Below, one piece after another: positions 9,856-22,300 of a stretch of DNA of 64,000 nucleotides. The position numbers and the translations under genes are program-made. Each line of letters opens with the position of its first letter. Position 1 is the stretch's first letter. The notes beneath the pieces are model-generated. The model was given only the letters and a program-made list of their open reading frames with translations, was not told where the DNA came from and made no database searches. Source of the DNA: Podarcis filfolensis (Eukaryota); assembly GCA_964270895.1 (NCBI GenBank), contig OZ185438.1; one strand, written 5' to 3'.

Positions 9856-12800
9856 CTAGAACAAGGGAAAGAAAGACAAGTTAGCTGGAAAAAAAACAAG
9901 CTGGGTTATGGCAAGTGATAAACTTAATCAAATGCATTTCAATTTTTGTCACAAGGCACGCCACAACTCAAACTTTTGTAAATAGGCAATTACAACCAGG
10001 TGCAACAGTAATCAAAGAACTTCAACGTTAAGCAAGTTTGCTTTATTCTAACCGATTGGAAATAGTGTAGCCAGCTTGGGTGGAAAATACAAATCAACAT
10101 GTTGATAAGGTGCAGTTTGCCCACTCAACCACAACTGGACCATTAGGAGTCTCCAAATGCAGCAAAAAACCCAAGAGTGGTGCAGAATGTTGGTCTTGGG
10201 CCAAGGAGACCTGGATTCAAAACCCTGCCTCATTTGGCATTGGGTGAGTGCCTATTTCTCAGCCCAGCAGAGTTCATACAACACCCCCCAACATGTGCTA
10301 CCCTCAGCTCCTTGGAGGAAAGGAGGGATGCAAAGCTGACTGACAACCAAACTTCCTTGTCAATAAAAACTCGGAGACAAGGATAAGTGTCCAGTTCAAA
10401 AGTAACAGCTCAGCCAGTATCTCCTGATAGGCAAATACAATCACAGCAAGCTAAGCTATACTGCTGGTGTTGGAGCTGGTATGTTGGTGCTGCTGTGGAC
10501 ACTTCTAAGGATTAGGAATCTTGATGAGGATTTGATTTTACAAGAATGCTCTAATAGACAATAGGTTACTTACATGTGCATTGTGCTTCCACTTACAATT
10601 TCAGAATGACAAAGCAGTGAAAAGTAGCCATGAAGTCTTCTCTAAACTTCAGTTTAGATGGCATACATGTTACTATTTTTATGCCATTATATTTTAGAGT
10701 AATGGAACAAAACTGCAAATGCCAATAACTCCCCCCTCCCTTTCAATAAAGCCCCATGGCCCTGTGTAGTAAAGCCTGATGACAAAATGCCTCACTGGCA
10801 AAGATGACGCTTGTTTAGTTATGTATAGAAGCTATACCTGCATTTCCCTCCCACAATAGTAAGTGCCAAGGTAGCTGAAAGTTGCTCTTTGGAGCATGCA
10901 TGAATTATGGGTGGCATGCACGATATTCCAACTGCTAGTGACACGCAGCATGGATGTTGAATAACTCACCTTGAACCTTACTGCCCAGGTAGAAACACAA
11001 GGCTAACCCCTCCCAACATCGCAGTTACCTCAGTGACGATCAGGGGTTCAGGATGGAGTGTTGCCAAAAGTAAAGGCAAGCATTTGAAGAGGCAGACACA
11101 CATACCACATCAATTCTATAAGCTGCTTCAGTGTAGTCAAATGGTATGCGTATCCACACAGTGCAGTCTCAGAATCAGTGTTCATGTCTATGCTATAACA
11201 CTACACTAAGAATATGCTGGCACTTTTTAAAAAAACAACCCTAAACTAATATCATGATTTTTTATTGTTAAATCAAGAACCAGTAAGCAACAAAGATATC
11301 CTTTGAGGGGAGAAAATCTTCCATTGAAGAAGTTAGTGTCTTGGGTAAAAATATCATACCCAAGAATAAAACTGTTAAAAAAATCACTTTTCAAAAGTTT
11401 CTAACACTTTTATTAAAGGAAAAGTGAAACTGAATACAAAAGTTTCTCACAGAAACAAAGCAGGCAGCATAAATAAGAGAGAAGATACAGTCAAGGCAAG
11501 ATGTTAGTCATGAGATACAGAAAGTATAAGCCAGAGCTGTAAGGTGATACTTTATGGAATAATTTATAAGTAGTTCCATCTTCCTGGACCCCAGGCTTTC
11601 CTCAGAGGAGTACAATTGAGAACAAGACAGGTAGTAAAACCTTGTAACAGTAAAATTACAAGAAATGGGAAGACATTCCTACAGTGCAAGATGACTTAAC
11701 AAGCACTAGTTTTCACAGAAATATATACACAGTGCTCACATGACAAAAGTTAAAATCGTGTCGCTGTGACTACAGTAGTATGAGCCAAGTCATTAAGTGC
11801 ATTACACTTCCTTGGTCAGTATCATAAAGTCCATGTTGTGTCAATAATACAACCCTTCTGGCACCACAGAGAGGTATATATTCAACAATTTATCACTAAC
11901 ATGCAGTAATCCGAAGCCAGGTCTTATGAGGTCAGTTTTCAGGAAACCAAAAAAAAAAAAGGCAAAGCAACACTGGTGGAAAAGTGAAATTTAAAAACTT
12001 TAAAAGGTTGGACTCTGTCCATTCAAGCATGCAGAAGTTTTGACCTACTGGACATGTACAGTACCTGGTCGTGGCGAATTCAGTTCTGCAAACCTCTTTA
12101 GAATATTGCTAACCATCAAGGGAGCAGCAACTGAAGAGTTCTGCTGTCTGGGGATGTCTGCCTGTTGTGTCGTACCTGAAGCCATATCATAAATGATGGG
12201 GACTATTATGCTCATGGCTTCCTGTGAAACTGTAGTCTTCTGTGTTAGCTGAAGCTGTGAACAGAATAGAATATGCAAAAAGTAATCACAGCAATCTTGC
12301 AATATACCTTTGATGTAGATATGGCAACATCACATGAGTTAAGGCATGGTCTTTATTACTGTGCCAGTTTGAATCCATTCCTTAGCTCAAGAGGAAAAAT
12401 GAAAGCCGATATACGGCCGACGCAAATTAGTTATCCAAACTTAAATCAGAACCGTTTCAAACTGACAACTAAGCCAAAGTGCACCAAAAGTCCTAGTGCA
12501 GCTTGAAATGCCCTAATTTTCCTACTGGGCATTCAGGAGTAATATATGAACACATTTTTTTACAATCCAAATTGCTTTGTTGTACAAAAGGGAAACTGGG
12601 AGATTTAGAAATAAGCACTATGTACTGTCCAATTTTTCTTTAAAGAAATTTGGAATGGTGATATTCCAAAAAGTAAGATTATCTTCACCGTTCATCCTAT
12701 TTCAATGTCAGCTGGGTTTTTTAAATGCTAAGTGTTCACTTTAAACACACTGGCAATTGCATAAACTTCTTATCAAAATGGGTCTACATAACCATCTCCA

Positions 12801-13292
12801 CACATGCAAACTTTCAAAGCTACGTATTATGAAAAAAGTAGGTGCCTTTTACATGGCATATGTGAAAAAAAATACTAGCACAAATCAAATATAGTGCCCT
12901 ATTTGTAAAGAAATTGACTATGGGACTAATTGCAAAGAGTCATGTGTTAGTCATGACCTCTTACAGCAGAAGCAGCAACTTCAGCATTTAAAAAATACTA
13001 GCACAAATCAAATATAGTGCCCTATTTGTAAAGAAATTGACTATGGGACTAATTGCAAAGAGTCATGTGTTAGTCATGGCCTCTTATAGCAGAAGCAGCA
13101 ACTTCAGCATTTAAGTTAGTCATCCTTGACCCCAACTGAAGCAATGGAACATGTTGAAATGTTATATTTTGGTTTCATATATTGTTCATATATTGTTGTT
13201 GACATCCATCTGTCTCGAGAGATAATGGAGTGCGCCTCCAGGGGTGAAGTCAAACCACTGTGTTAGTAGTACCCTGGAGCACAAGCCTGGGC

Positions 13293-13341
<49 letters not shown>

Positions 13342-16300
13342 GTCCTGGGCTGCCCAGACGACAAGATCCCTCCTCTCTTGGCATACTGATGTGGTCCAAA
13401 GGGAAGCAGAGCAGTATGTTTGGAACCAGCTTGGCTGCACGAGTTGCCAGAAGGAAGGCATACAAGATGTCATCCAACCGTCTTATGGACTCCACTCCGG
13501 ATTTGTGTAGGGTTACTCCTTAGCCTGTCCTTCTGAGGATATCCCACAAGGCAGCAGAGGTTTAGGAATAGAGTTTTCCTTCCCCTACATTCCTAGGTTG
13601 ATGAGCCCCATCTGCCCCTCACTTTCATGTATTATCAGAACAATTCAGTTCCTAGACTTCAAGGGGATGAAAGTAGGATAATATATTCTGTAATTAGGTA
13701 TCTCATTTGCTACTTACACAATGGCTGACGGAAGTCATATTTAAACTACTCCTTACAACTGGACACGGTCAAAGACTGCACCAAACATGGAACTGACTTA
13801 GTTGCTCTACTTACAAAGAACAACATTTTGGATTTCAGCACAACGGCCGGTGTTCCTGGAGGAGCAATTGGTGGAGCACTTGGAGGAATTGTCAAACAAA
13901 ACTGTACATTCCATTTCAGCTGGCTGGCCTGATCGGGAAACTGTTTCAATAAAACATGCCACAGAAAAAGACAGATGAACAATCCAGTCTGGTTTATGAG
14001 AAAAAATACAGAATGTTGCGAAGACATTAAAACTAACTTACCAGCTCTAGTTTCATAATGTGTACACAGTCCCGGAGAATGTGTGGAGGTGCCCCTAACA
14101 GCTTTGTAAAGGCTATTAGAGTATTGGATTTGAAGGGTGGTCCTGCAACCTACAGTGAATGCAATCTGTTATTAGAATTTCTTTAGGCAGCTCAATGATT
14201 CTTCAATCCTGCTCTTAATCCATATCACAAATCCTACTAAAATCAAAATAACAGCACAAGGATGCGAAATTCCCATTATGGCAATCTCATAAATTGAAAT
14301 TCTCTACAATAAATGCTGGAAAGTTAGGTGAAAACCGTAAGAATATGAAGTGGCCCAGTTCATGATCAACACAAGCATCAGACCAGGAACATACAAAGGA
14401 GAAAAATCACATGGAACATCAATGTCAGCCTGGCAGCTTTTAGGGAGGTGCTGAACTGGCATGAGTATGTTCTGCATAAGCTCACTGGACATGAATCACA
14501 TATGTGTGATGTATTATGAACTTATTTTATGAATGTGGTTTTCAAAAATCTTATCAAACATCAAATTACGAATAAAGTAAGATGGGGTACATACTCTGGT
14601 TTCAAAGAATTTCTCCAAAACCTGCAGTTCTTCTTGTTTCCACTGCCCTGCAGTTTCAGGTGCTACTTTTAGCTGCAAGGTCTGGTTAGTTTTAGGGTTG
14701 AGGGCAACTCTACATTTCAGGGCATCTGTCTTGAACATTATTACACCTGGTTCATTGGAGTTCATAAGCTGTAGCTGTTTAAAAGCCAAGACAGTTGATT
14801 AGAATGCAAGAAATAAGCTGCTGCCCACACTTCATTATACTCTAAGCAGCAGGAGCAAAAAATTCACAAACCCTAAGCATTTTAAGGTTGGCTGCATGTA
14901 GCTTGTCAGGTACATCTCCACCTGCCTTCCCCAATCTTGGGTTCCCAGTTGTTGCAGTACTACAACTCCCATTATTCCTGACCATTAACCAAGCAGGCTT
15001 GGGAAAATGAGATGCTCTCTATTGTCTCAGCAGGATGCATTAGCCTTATCTGCTAAGAGGAAAGTGCTGCTTCTGCTTTTTTAAAAACAACAACAACCAG
15101 TTCTTATATTGTTATTATTCAACTTCTTCCCTCTGGCTTTCCCCTACAAGCCCTGAGATTTGTCAATACAAATTCCTGTTTCACTAATCCTAGCAAATAC
15201 TGGATGGTCCTACGCAAATAATAAGAGTTTACAGCTTAGCCAAAGTTTGGACCATGTTTTTCCAAACAGAAGTGCTAAATAAGCAGTTTCCCACTTGCAT
15301 TGCTAGGAATCCAGGAGCTACCTGCTGAAGAAACTGGTAATGGCGGAAAAGCTGTCTGAAAGCCCACTTGAGCACCATTCCAAATGATTCAAGGATGCAG
15401 TCTTAGTTTGCAGGGGGTGGCGGAGCTAGCCCCACCACCACTTACACAAACTGAGTATGCATCCCAGAATTTTCTGCTCAGGACTCCACAGGCAACATGT
15501 AAGAGTTCTTTGGCAGACTTGTAGAAAGTATTCCCTATGGGCAGAAAAAATAAAAACCACCGTCCTCAACTTCAGCAATGCAGTATACCAACTCAATGTG
15601 GTTAAAACATCACAAATCACATCCCATTTCACACCTCTTAAAATGCAGAATGGTTAACATCTATTAGGCTGTATCCAACAAAGTCATAGTAGAGCTACTA
15701 AAAGTAATGGCCGTGACTCATACAAGTTCATTAATTTCAATGGGCAGAACCCAACATAGCAGTTCCGTTAGCACAAGGCCTTGTGGCTGCACAACAAAAA
15801 TTTACTTCTCTTATTGCACAGAAGCTAGGAGAAGTCTAAATTTAAAGTGATTGCATAAGGAACTAAACATGTTGAGTCCTTACATACCGGCTCCTGCTGG
15901 ATAATCCTTTGGAGATGTCTTCTCATGATAACTGATCCAAGGAAACGTTCAAGTGGAGAGCAGAGATAGCTTCCGGCCAGCCCCGGCATAAGCCCGGGGG
16001 TGGGAGAGGGCAGAAGAAGAATGTTCAAGGCACTGTGAGTGAGAATTGTGGGTATGGATGCAGCCCAAGAGCGATGAGGTAGTTTACGAGGTGGCGGCAT
16101 ATTTGTTGGCATTACTTGGGAACCTAGTAGAAATAAGAAAAAGCACACCTCACTCTTCCTGTCTAGGGATGCATGGCTATTTACATACATTTAAAATGCT
16201 AGGCAGTTCCCTGTAAGGGCATAATGAAACCTTCCCAAACTCAGCACCCCAACAATTCCAAAGACTAAGAAACAGTTAATGGCTGTGTCCAATTCCCTCT

Positions 16301-19300
16301 ATTTCCCTCATGCAAACGGAGAGGATTAACTACTCAGATCACTATTCCAGAGTTAAGGTGATTGCACAGTCACCTTAGCTTCAAATCACAATAATGTTTG
16401 ATTAATGTACTTTGTTTATTTTGTGTTAACAAATAACTCAGTCATAGAATCACAGAACTCTACAGTTGGAAGGAACCATGAGGGTAATCTAGTCCAATCC
16501 CCTGCAATGCAGAATTTTTTTGCTCAAACCTACAACCCTGAGATTAAGTGTCTCATGCTCTACCAATTAAGCTATCCCTGCCTGTCTGCCTGCCTGCCTT
16601 TGTCTAACTGGGTTGCCATAACCATGTCAACAGCATTTTGTAGTGAAATACTAAGTTTGAACATCCCCTCTATTGGCTTTGCAACCTCTTGTTGATATTA
16701 CTTACTTGTTCCCGCTCTTGGGGAATGGGAAGCATCTGGTACTGGAGAATGTAAAGAAGGGTTCGCTGGTGACATTCCAGGCATGCGTGCTCCTGGAGAG
16801 GGACCAGAGACCTGGGGCGAGCCTGGCCAATTCCCTGGACGCTGGCTTGGAGACATCATTGTGTACGGTGAAGTAGGATCTATAGGACCTATGGAAATTG
16901 CAAGAAAATTGTAGGCAGCTTTCTCTGGGTGTACTATCTGTACACCAGGATCCATAGCCTTCCTAGACCCTGCCTATCTAAAGCCTAACACATCAAACAT
17001 GCCTTGATTACGTACATTGTTTAAGTGGTGAATCTTAAAAAATGAATGCTTTATTGCTCAGTCTATTCATTGATAGGGGGCTTGCTTGCTCTGCTTACCA
17101 CAGAAGGCTGCAGGACAATGTCTGTTGACTCAAGAGATTTTAGAAACCATTTGCTCCAATTTTTCCTCCCTGCTATGTTGGGGCTGATAAAGTCGGCGAT
17201 TTGTCAGCAGCAGCGGCTCCTGATTAAGTAGGAGCAACAGTTCAGGTGTGTGAAGAAAGAGTTGCTGTCATTTCAGAGCCTGCATCCCAACAGGGAATGG
17301 AGCAGTGCGCTTTCCCAGAGTCAGGAAAAGGGGTTGTTTGTTTTACGGTATCTGAAGTGTCAGTTTTCTATCAGTATCCAGCTGTACAAGTCATGGGCTT
17401 ACCATGTGGGCTAGCATAGTTCGTATTTTGTCCCATTGTGATTCCAAGAGATGAAGGAGAAGGAGTTGGACCAAATGATGCTGGTGACGGTGCTCTTAAT
17501 GCACCGCTCGGAGAGTTTGCAGGATGTAGCGTTCCTAAAGGGGACATTCAGGACAGCAACTACGTTACGTACTGCCCAACTATTCTTCTCCAAGTTTAAA
17601 GAGAACTCTCTTTTTAGTAAGTTGTCAAGGTTATTTGAAGGTACAGTGATTTATAAAAACACAGGGCGCATCACAATTCATTTATGAAACACCTTAGGAA
17701 CACTAAATGCCATGAACTGCTACTGGCGATGCATAAAAGGCAGCCGTCTTACCTGGGGACTGCGTGTGCATCATGGAAGGTGACGGGGTGACTGTACTGT
17801 GATAAGATGTAGGAGGTGATGTCAATGGGTAAGCCCCTGGTGCTCCTGTCTGTTTTGAAGACTGTTGAAATAAGACCTTTATTAGATATAGTAAAATATA
17901 GATCCCAACAATTCTACATGCTTAAATATCTAATACTTAGAAGTTCTGTCCTCAGGCATTGGAATTCATTAAAGCTGAATTTCTAGAGTAGCATTTCACT
18001 TCTTTACACCACCTTTCCACAAACTACCAACATAAGCCATTGATTCCAAGAGCCATTTTCCCTTTCTATTATATCTCCAAGTCTATTATGTGGTCTGTAC
18101 TTTACTGCTTCTAGCCAACAGCTTACGCACTGGACATCAACATCCACTCTAACTTACACACGTTGATGTATTAGGCACGTATCTTACACAAATTCAGACC
18201 ATTACTTCATCCAGTTCAGTGTCTACATTGACTGACAGTGGTTCACTGGGGATTCTGACAGAATACTTAGAACCTCTGGCATTCCATGAATATGCTCTAG
18301 CAATGTCTAAGGCCTGGGGAGAGGTCAGTTTTAAAATATGTTGTTATGTATAAGTTTTCACTTACTGTTGGCCAGGAAGAGCTATAAATATTGCTACGCA
18401 AGTACAATAAGGAGGATATGACCTCACTTGCTGTTGTTATCTCTTTGGACATACACATTTGTAAAAAATGATCACCATAATCATAGGGGCTTAGCCTTGT
18501 ACTGGGAGCCTTATACTGCACACATACAACCTGCGGCTGTGGCTGAAGCTGTGATATCAATGAATCCATCATGTCCCCTCCAATAGGAGATGGTGGGTTA
18601 TCATCTTCATTGACAGATCGTCTTCGTGCATCCTGATTGCTGTCAACAAACATGTTCAGGAATGTCTGTGGATATAGAGTATTCAGATTTATGAGTCAAC
18701 ATGTCTTCCTATTGTATCTACCAGACATCTAGATCAATCTTAACAGCAATATTCAAGGATTTTATAATTATTTCAGCTAGTCAGTGTCTGTAGAAGCAGC
18801 TGAATTCTGTTCCATGAAAGGGATCATAAATCACAAATAATTGTATTATTTATACCCTGTCCATCTGGCTGGGTTTCCCCAGCCATTCTGGGCAGCTTAC
18901 AGCATATATAAAACATAGTAAAACATCAAACATTAAAAACTTCCCAATTCAGGGCTGCCTTCAGATGTCTTCTAAAAGTACTCCTTTTAAAGATTTTTCG
19001 GTACCATTAAAAAATGGCATCCAGGACAGAAGCTGAAAGTTACTTCGATAAGATCAGCTGCACTACACTTGAAAAAGCACAACTCATAGAAAACTCAAGT
19101 TTTTTAAAACACCATAAAATGATGGATATGACATATTAAGTCACAGAATGGTCCATTCAGCCCAGCAGTGAGCACTCTGAATGGCAGCAGCTCTCCCAAG
19201 ATGTCAGGCAGGAGTCTATTCCATCTTGCTACCTGAATTTGGCTTTCAGTAGCCAAAAAGTATTGAGTAGCAGTTGTGAAAACACCCAAAAGTGATCTGA

Positions 19301-22300
19301 AGGATGTTACTGTCCAAACCCCATGCCCAACACTGTCATTATATCCTAAAAAAGTGCAGAGCAAGCTATTTAATCCCCTTAGCACTGGACAACCTAGAGT
19401 CCTAAAAATAAAATTTATTTGGAGGAGCTACAGTTGCCAGCCCCTTACAAAAGGCATTTCCTCTTAAGCAAAACTTTCTGAAATATTAATGGGAACCCAG
19501 CCTTATTTAATTACACTGTAAAATAAAGATTAAAAGACCTTTAGTCCTGGTGCAGGGTAAAAGCCTTCCACAATTTTACTGTTGTCAAAAAGGCTGTATG
19601 CTCCATCGCGAATTGCCACCACCCCACGGCTTTGACAGTAAATGTCAATGCAGTACATGTTCCGAAAGGCCAGCCTGATGTGTGTGGGTGACTGAGGCAG
19701 AATTGAAAAACATTGGTAGGCAGTGTTGGTGCGTTGCGTCAGTCCCAGCATTGGCACAGTTGGGAGCTTATTGATAGCATTTAATGGAGCCTGAGTATCA
19801 TACAAAACCTGCAAGTAAAAACAAAACTTGTTTAGTTTCACAATAGCCAACGAAATATACTTAGCCTTTAGAAACAATCAACATAAATGCAGCTTTAAAG
19901 TTGTTTTTACCAGGGGTAAGAACCTGCTGGCTTATTTATTGTGTATTAAATGTTCATATCAACCTTTCCCACACACACTCTTTTTTTAATCAAAAGCAAA
20001 CTCTTAACAGCAGGTTAAATATGTAATGAATGAGCTTATTCTCCCCTGCAGCCCTACACACAAGTCATTATTGGCCTCTTGTGCTAAATGATACTGCTGA
20101 GAACTGGGAACAGAATTTGTCCTTTGGTGCTTTTTGCATTTTGAATCAAACATTTCTCTTCCAAGGGCAGGTTGGGGAGAAGGGTTAGTTACCTGTAAAA
20201 GTTGGACTACATTTGGTGATTTATTGAACATCTCTTGGAGCTGATGCAGGATCGTATTATGACAGTTACTGCAACCTGAGTTTGGTCCAACTGTTCCTAA
20301 TGATATGTGGAATTTCTGGTGTGCAGAGTTCCACTGAATGCTGATCTATAAAAAACAAGTAAGAGCTTTAATGGAAAATAATCCAACAACATCTAAGCAA
20401 GCAACTGTTTCACAACTCAGCAGGAGGGTGTGCATGTAATCACTAAACTATGGTTTAGCACAGCTAGAAGAGTAACAGACCCAAATTCACTTTCATTTTC
20501 ACTTATTCTTATCTTGTTCTTCCCTGTGAACCAGAAAATCATACTTTAAGAGTAAACTGGTTTGTTAAAACAAGCCAGCTTCATTATCCATGGTTAGAAG
20601 TTGGCTTATTTAGAAAATGACTAGCATTAATTTTAAACCACAAATCCTGGTTGGTACATAAAGACAAGCTAGAAATCAGGCAAAGTGAAACTAAATCCTG
20701 GTTTATCCCTTCTCCAAAAAAATTACTTACTGAACTTCCTTTAGTAGTTCCATAACAAAGAATTAGCTTCCGATAATTATAGATTCGGACCTCCGAGAAA
20801 ACTTTTAGATGGCTGGGTATTTCTTCATAAGGTGAAAGAAAGTGGATGGGGAAAGATACAAAAATAGATATATGAATTGTTTCGGTAGACCTCATACAGC
20901 AACATAAGAACAAAGAAGAATGTATTTATGTACCTGGTAAGGATCTGAAATATTCCAACACACATTCATATAAGCGAGCAATGCTATTCCAGTCATTGAG
21001 GAACATCTCAACTACTTTTCGTCCACCAACTGGTTCAGACAATTGACTTTCATATGTCAGGTACACATGACGGGTAGGTCCTACAAAGTGAAAGAAATGG
21101 TCCAATATGGTCAAATCACATTGGCACACAGAAAACATAAGCAGAAAGTAGGGAAGTGCAAGACAGAACAAGTATAAGTTGGAACACTAACCTTGCTCCC
21201 TGGAGGAAGTGCTATTACTAAGTGGGCAATTTGCAAACACCAGTTCAGCAACCCAGGTGCGGTTATTTCTACCTTGCAGTCGAAAAGTGCAATCGAGAAG
21301 GGAACGGTCTAGAGCCTTCTGGGTTTCTTCACTTGTACCCTTACATGGAGGAATTCTGTTGAAAAGGATAAAGGTAAGACCATGTACTTATTTTAGTCTC
21401 ACAGCCAAACAATTCAACGTAAGCTGCTCAATGTTTTCTGAAGGATATAATTTGTACAATAAAATGTGTCCCTGCAAGGAAACTCTGAAGTTACTAGAAA
21501 ATGTAAAATAGTAACAGCATACTGAGGTATCATCTTTCAGCAATTTATGCAATTTTTAATCAATCAAAAAAAAGGAGAAAAAAGAAAATTCACATAATTC
21601 ATAGCAACAAGGAAGTAGTGAAATTTTGTTGTTTGGTTTTGATACTTCTCCAGGATGCTGCTACATAAAATAAAGCTAAGAAAAATTAAGGATAAGTAAG
21701 GGGCGGCAGGAAATAAAATTATTGTGCCAAAATTAGTGTCAAGCTGCTGTTCACTTTTCTGCACTATGTGTGCCTTTAAAAAGTGTCTGAAGATGGGTGG
21801 GTGTTTTTTTTTACTCTACAACTATTGTTGTAAAACTTTCAGTTTTATAAATGAATAAACGTATAATATAATACAAGATGAGTTTTAATTCTACAACATG
21901 TTGTATATTAAATACTTTCCTCCCCTTCCATCACTCATGGAATATTGTACACATTAATGAAAGTGTGGCATAATCTCTTTACTTTAATAAACGAATAGCA
22001 TGACTGAAGCCATCTCCTTCAACCTGGACTCCTTGATGTGGGATCTCCATATTGGATAGCTGAAACAAAACAAATCACATTTTTTATATTTTCATAGCAA
22101 GAGAAAAGTCCAGGCCAAAGAGCATCACCCCTGCCACCACAACTGGCCCATTCAGCCAAGTGAAACTTCCAACATTTTCCGTCCTAATACAGGGTATTAA
22201 ATGGCCTACCTGATCCTTAGCATCTACAGTATGAGCTATATATCACACAGGTAGTGATTCAGATGGTACCAGAGGCAATGACAGGCTGAGATGCCCTTCA

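Noticed and set aside
12868-13113. Direct repeats as a CRISPR-like array
   Set aside because: Two adjacent 123-bp units without spacers in a vertebrate intron: a simple tandem duplication.
16500-16578. tRNA-Lys-like sequence
   Set aside because: Degenerate, with a broken T-arm and acceptor stem, and fused to a CR1 tail. It is a SINE head, not a tRNA gene.
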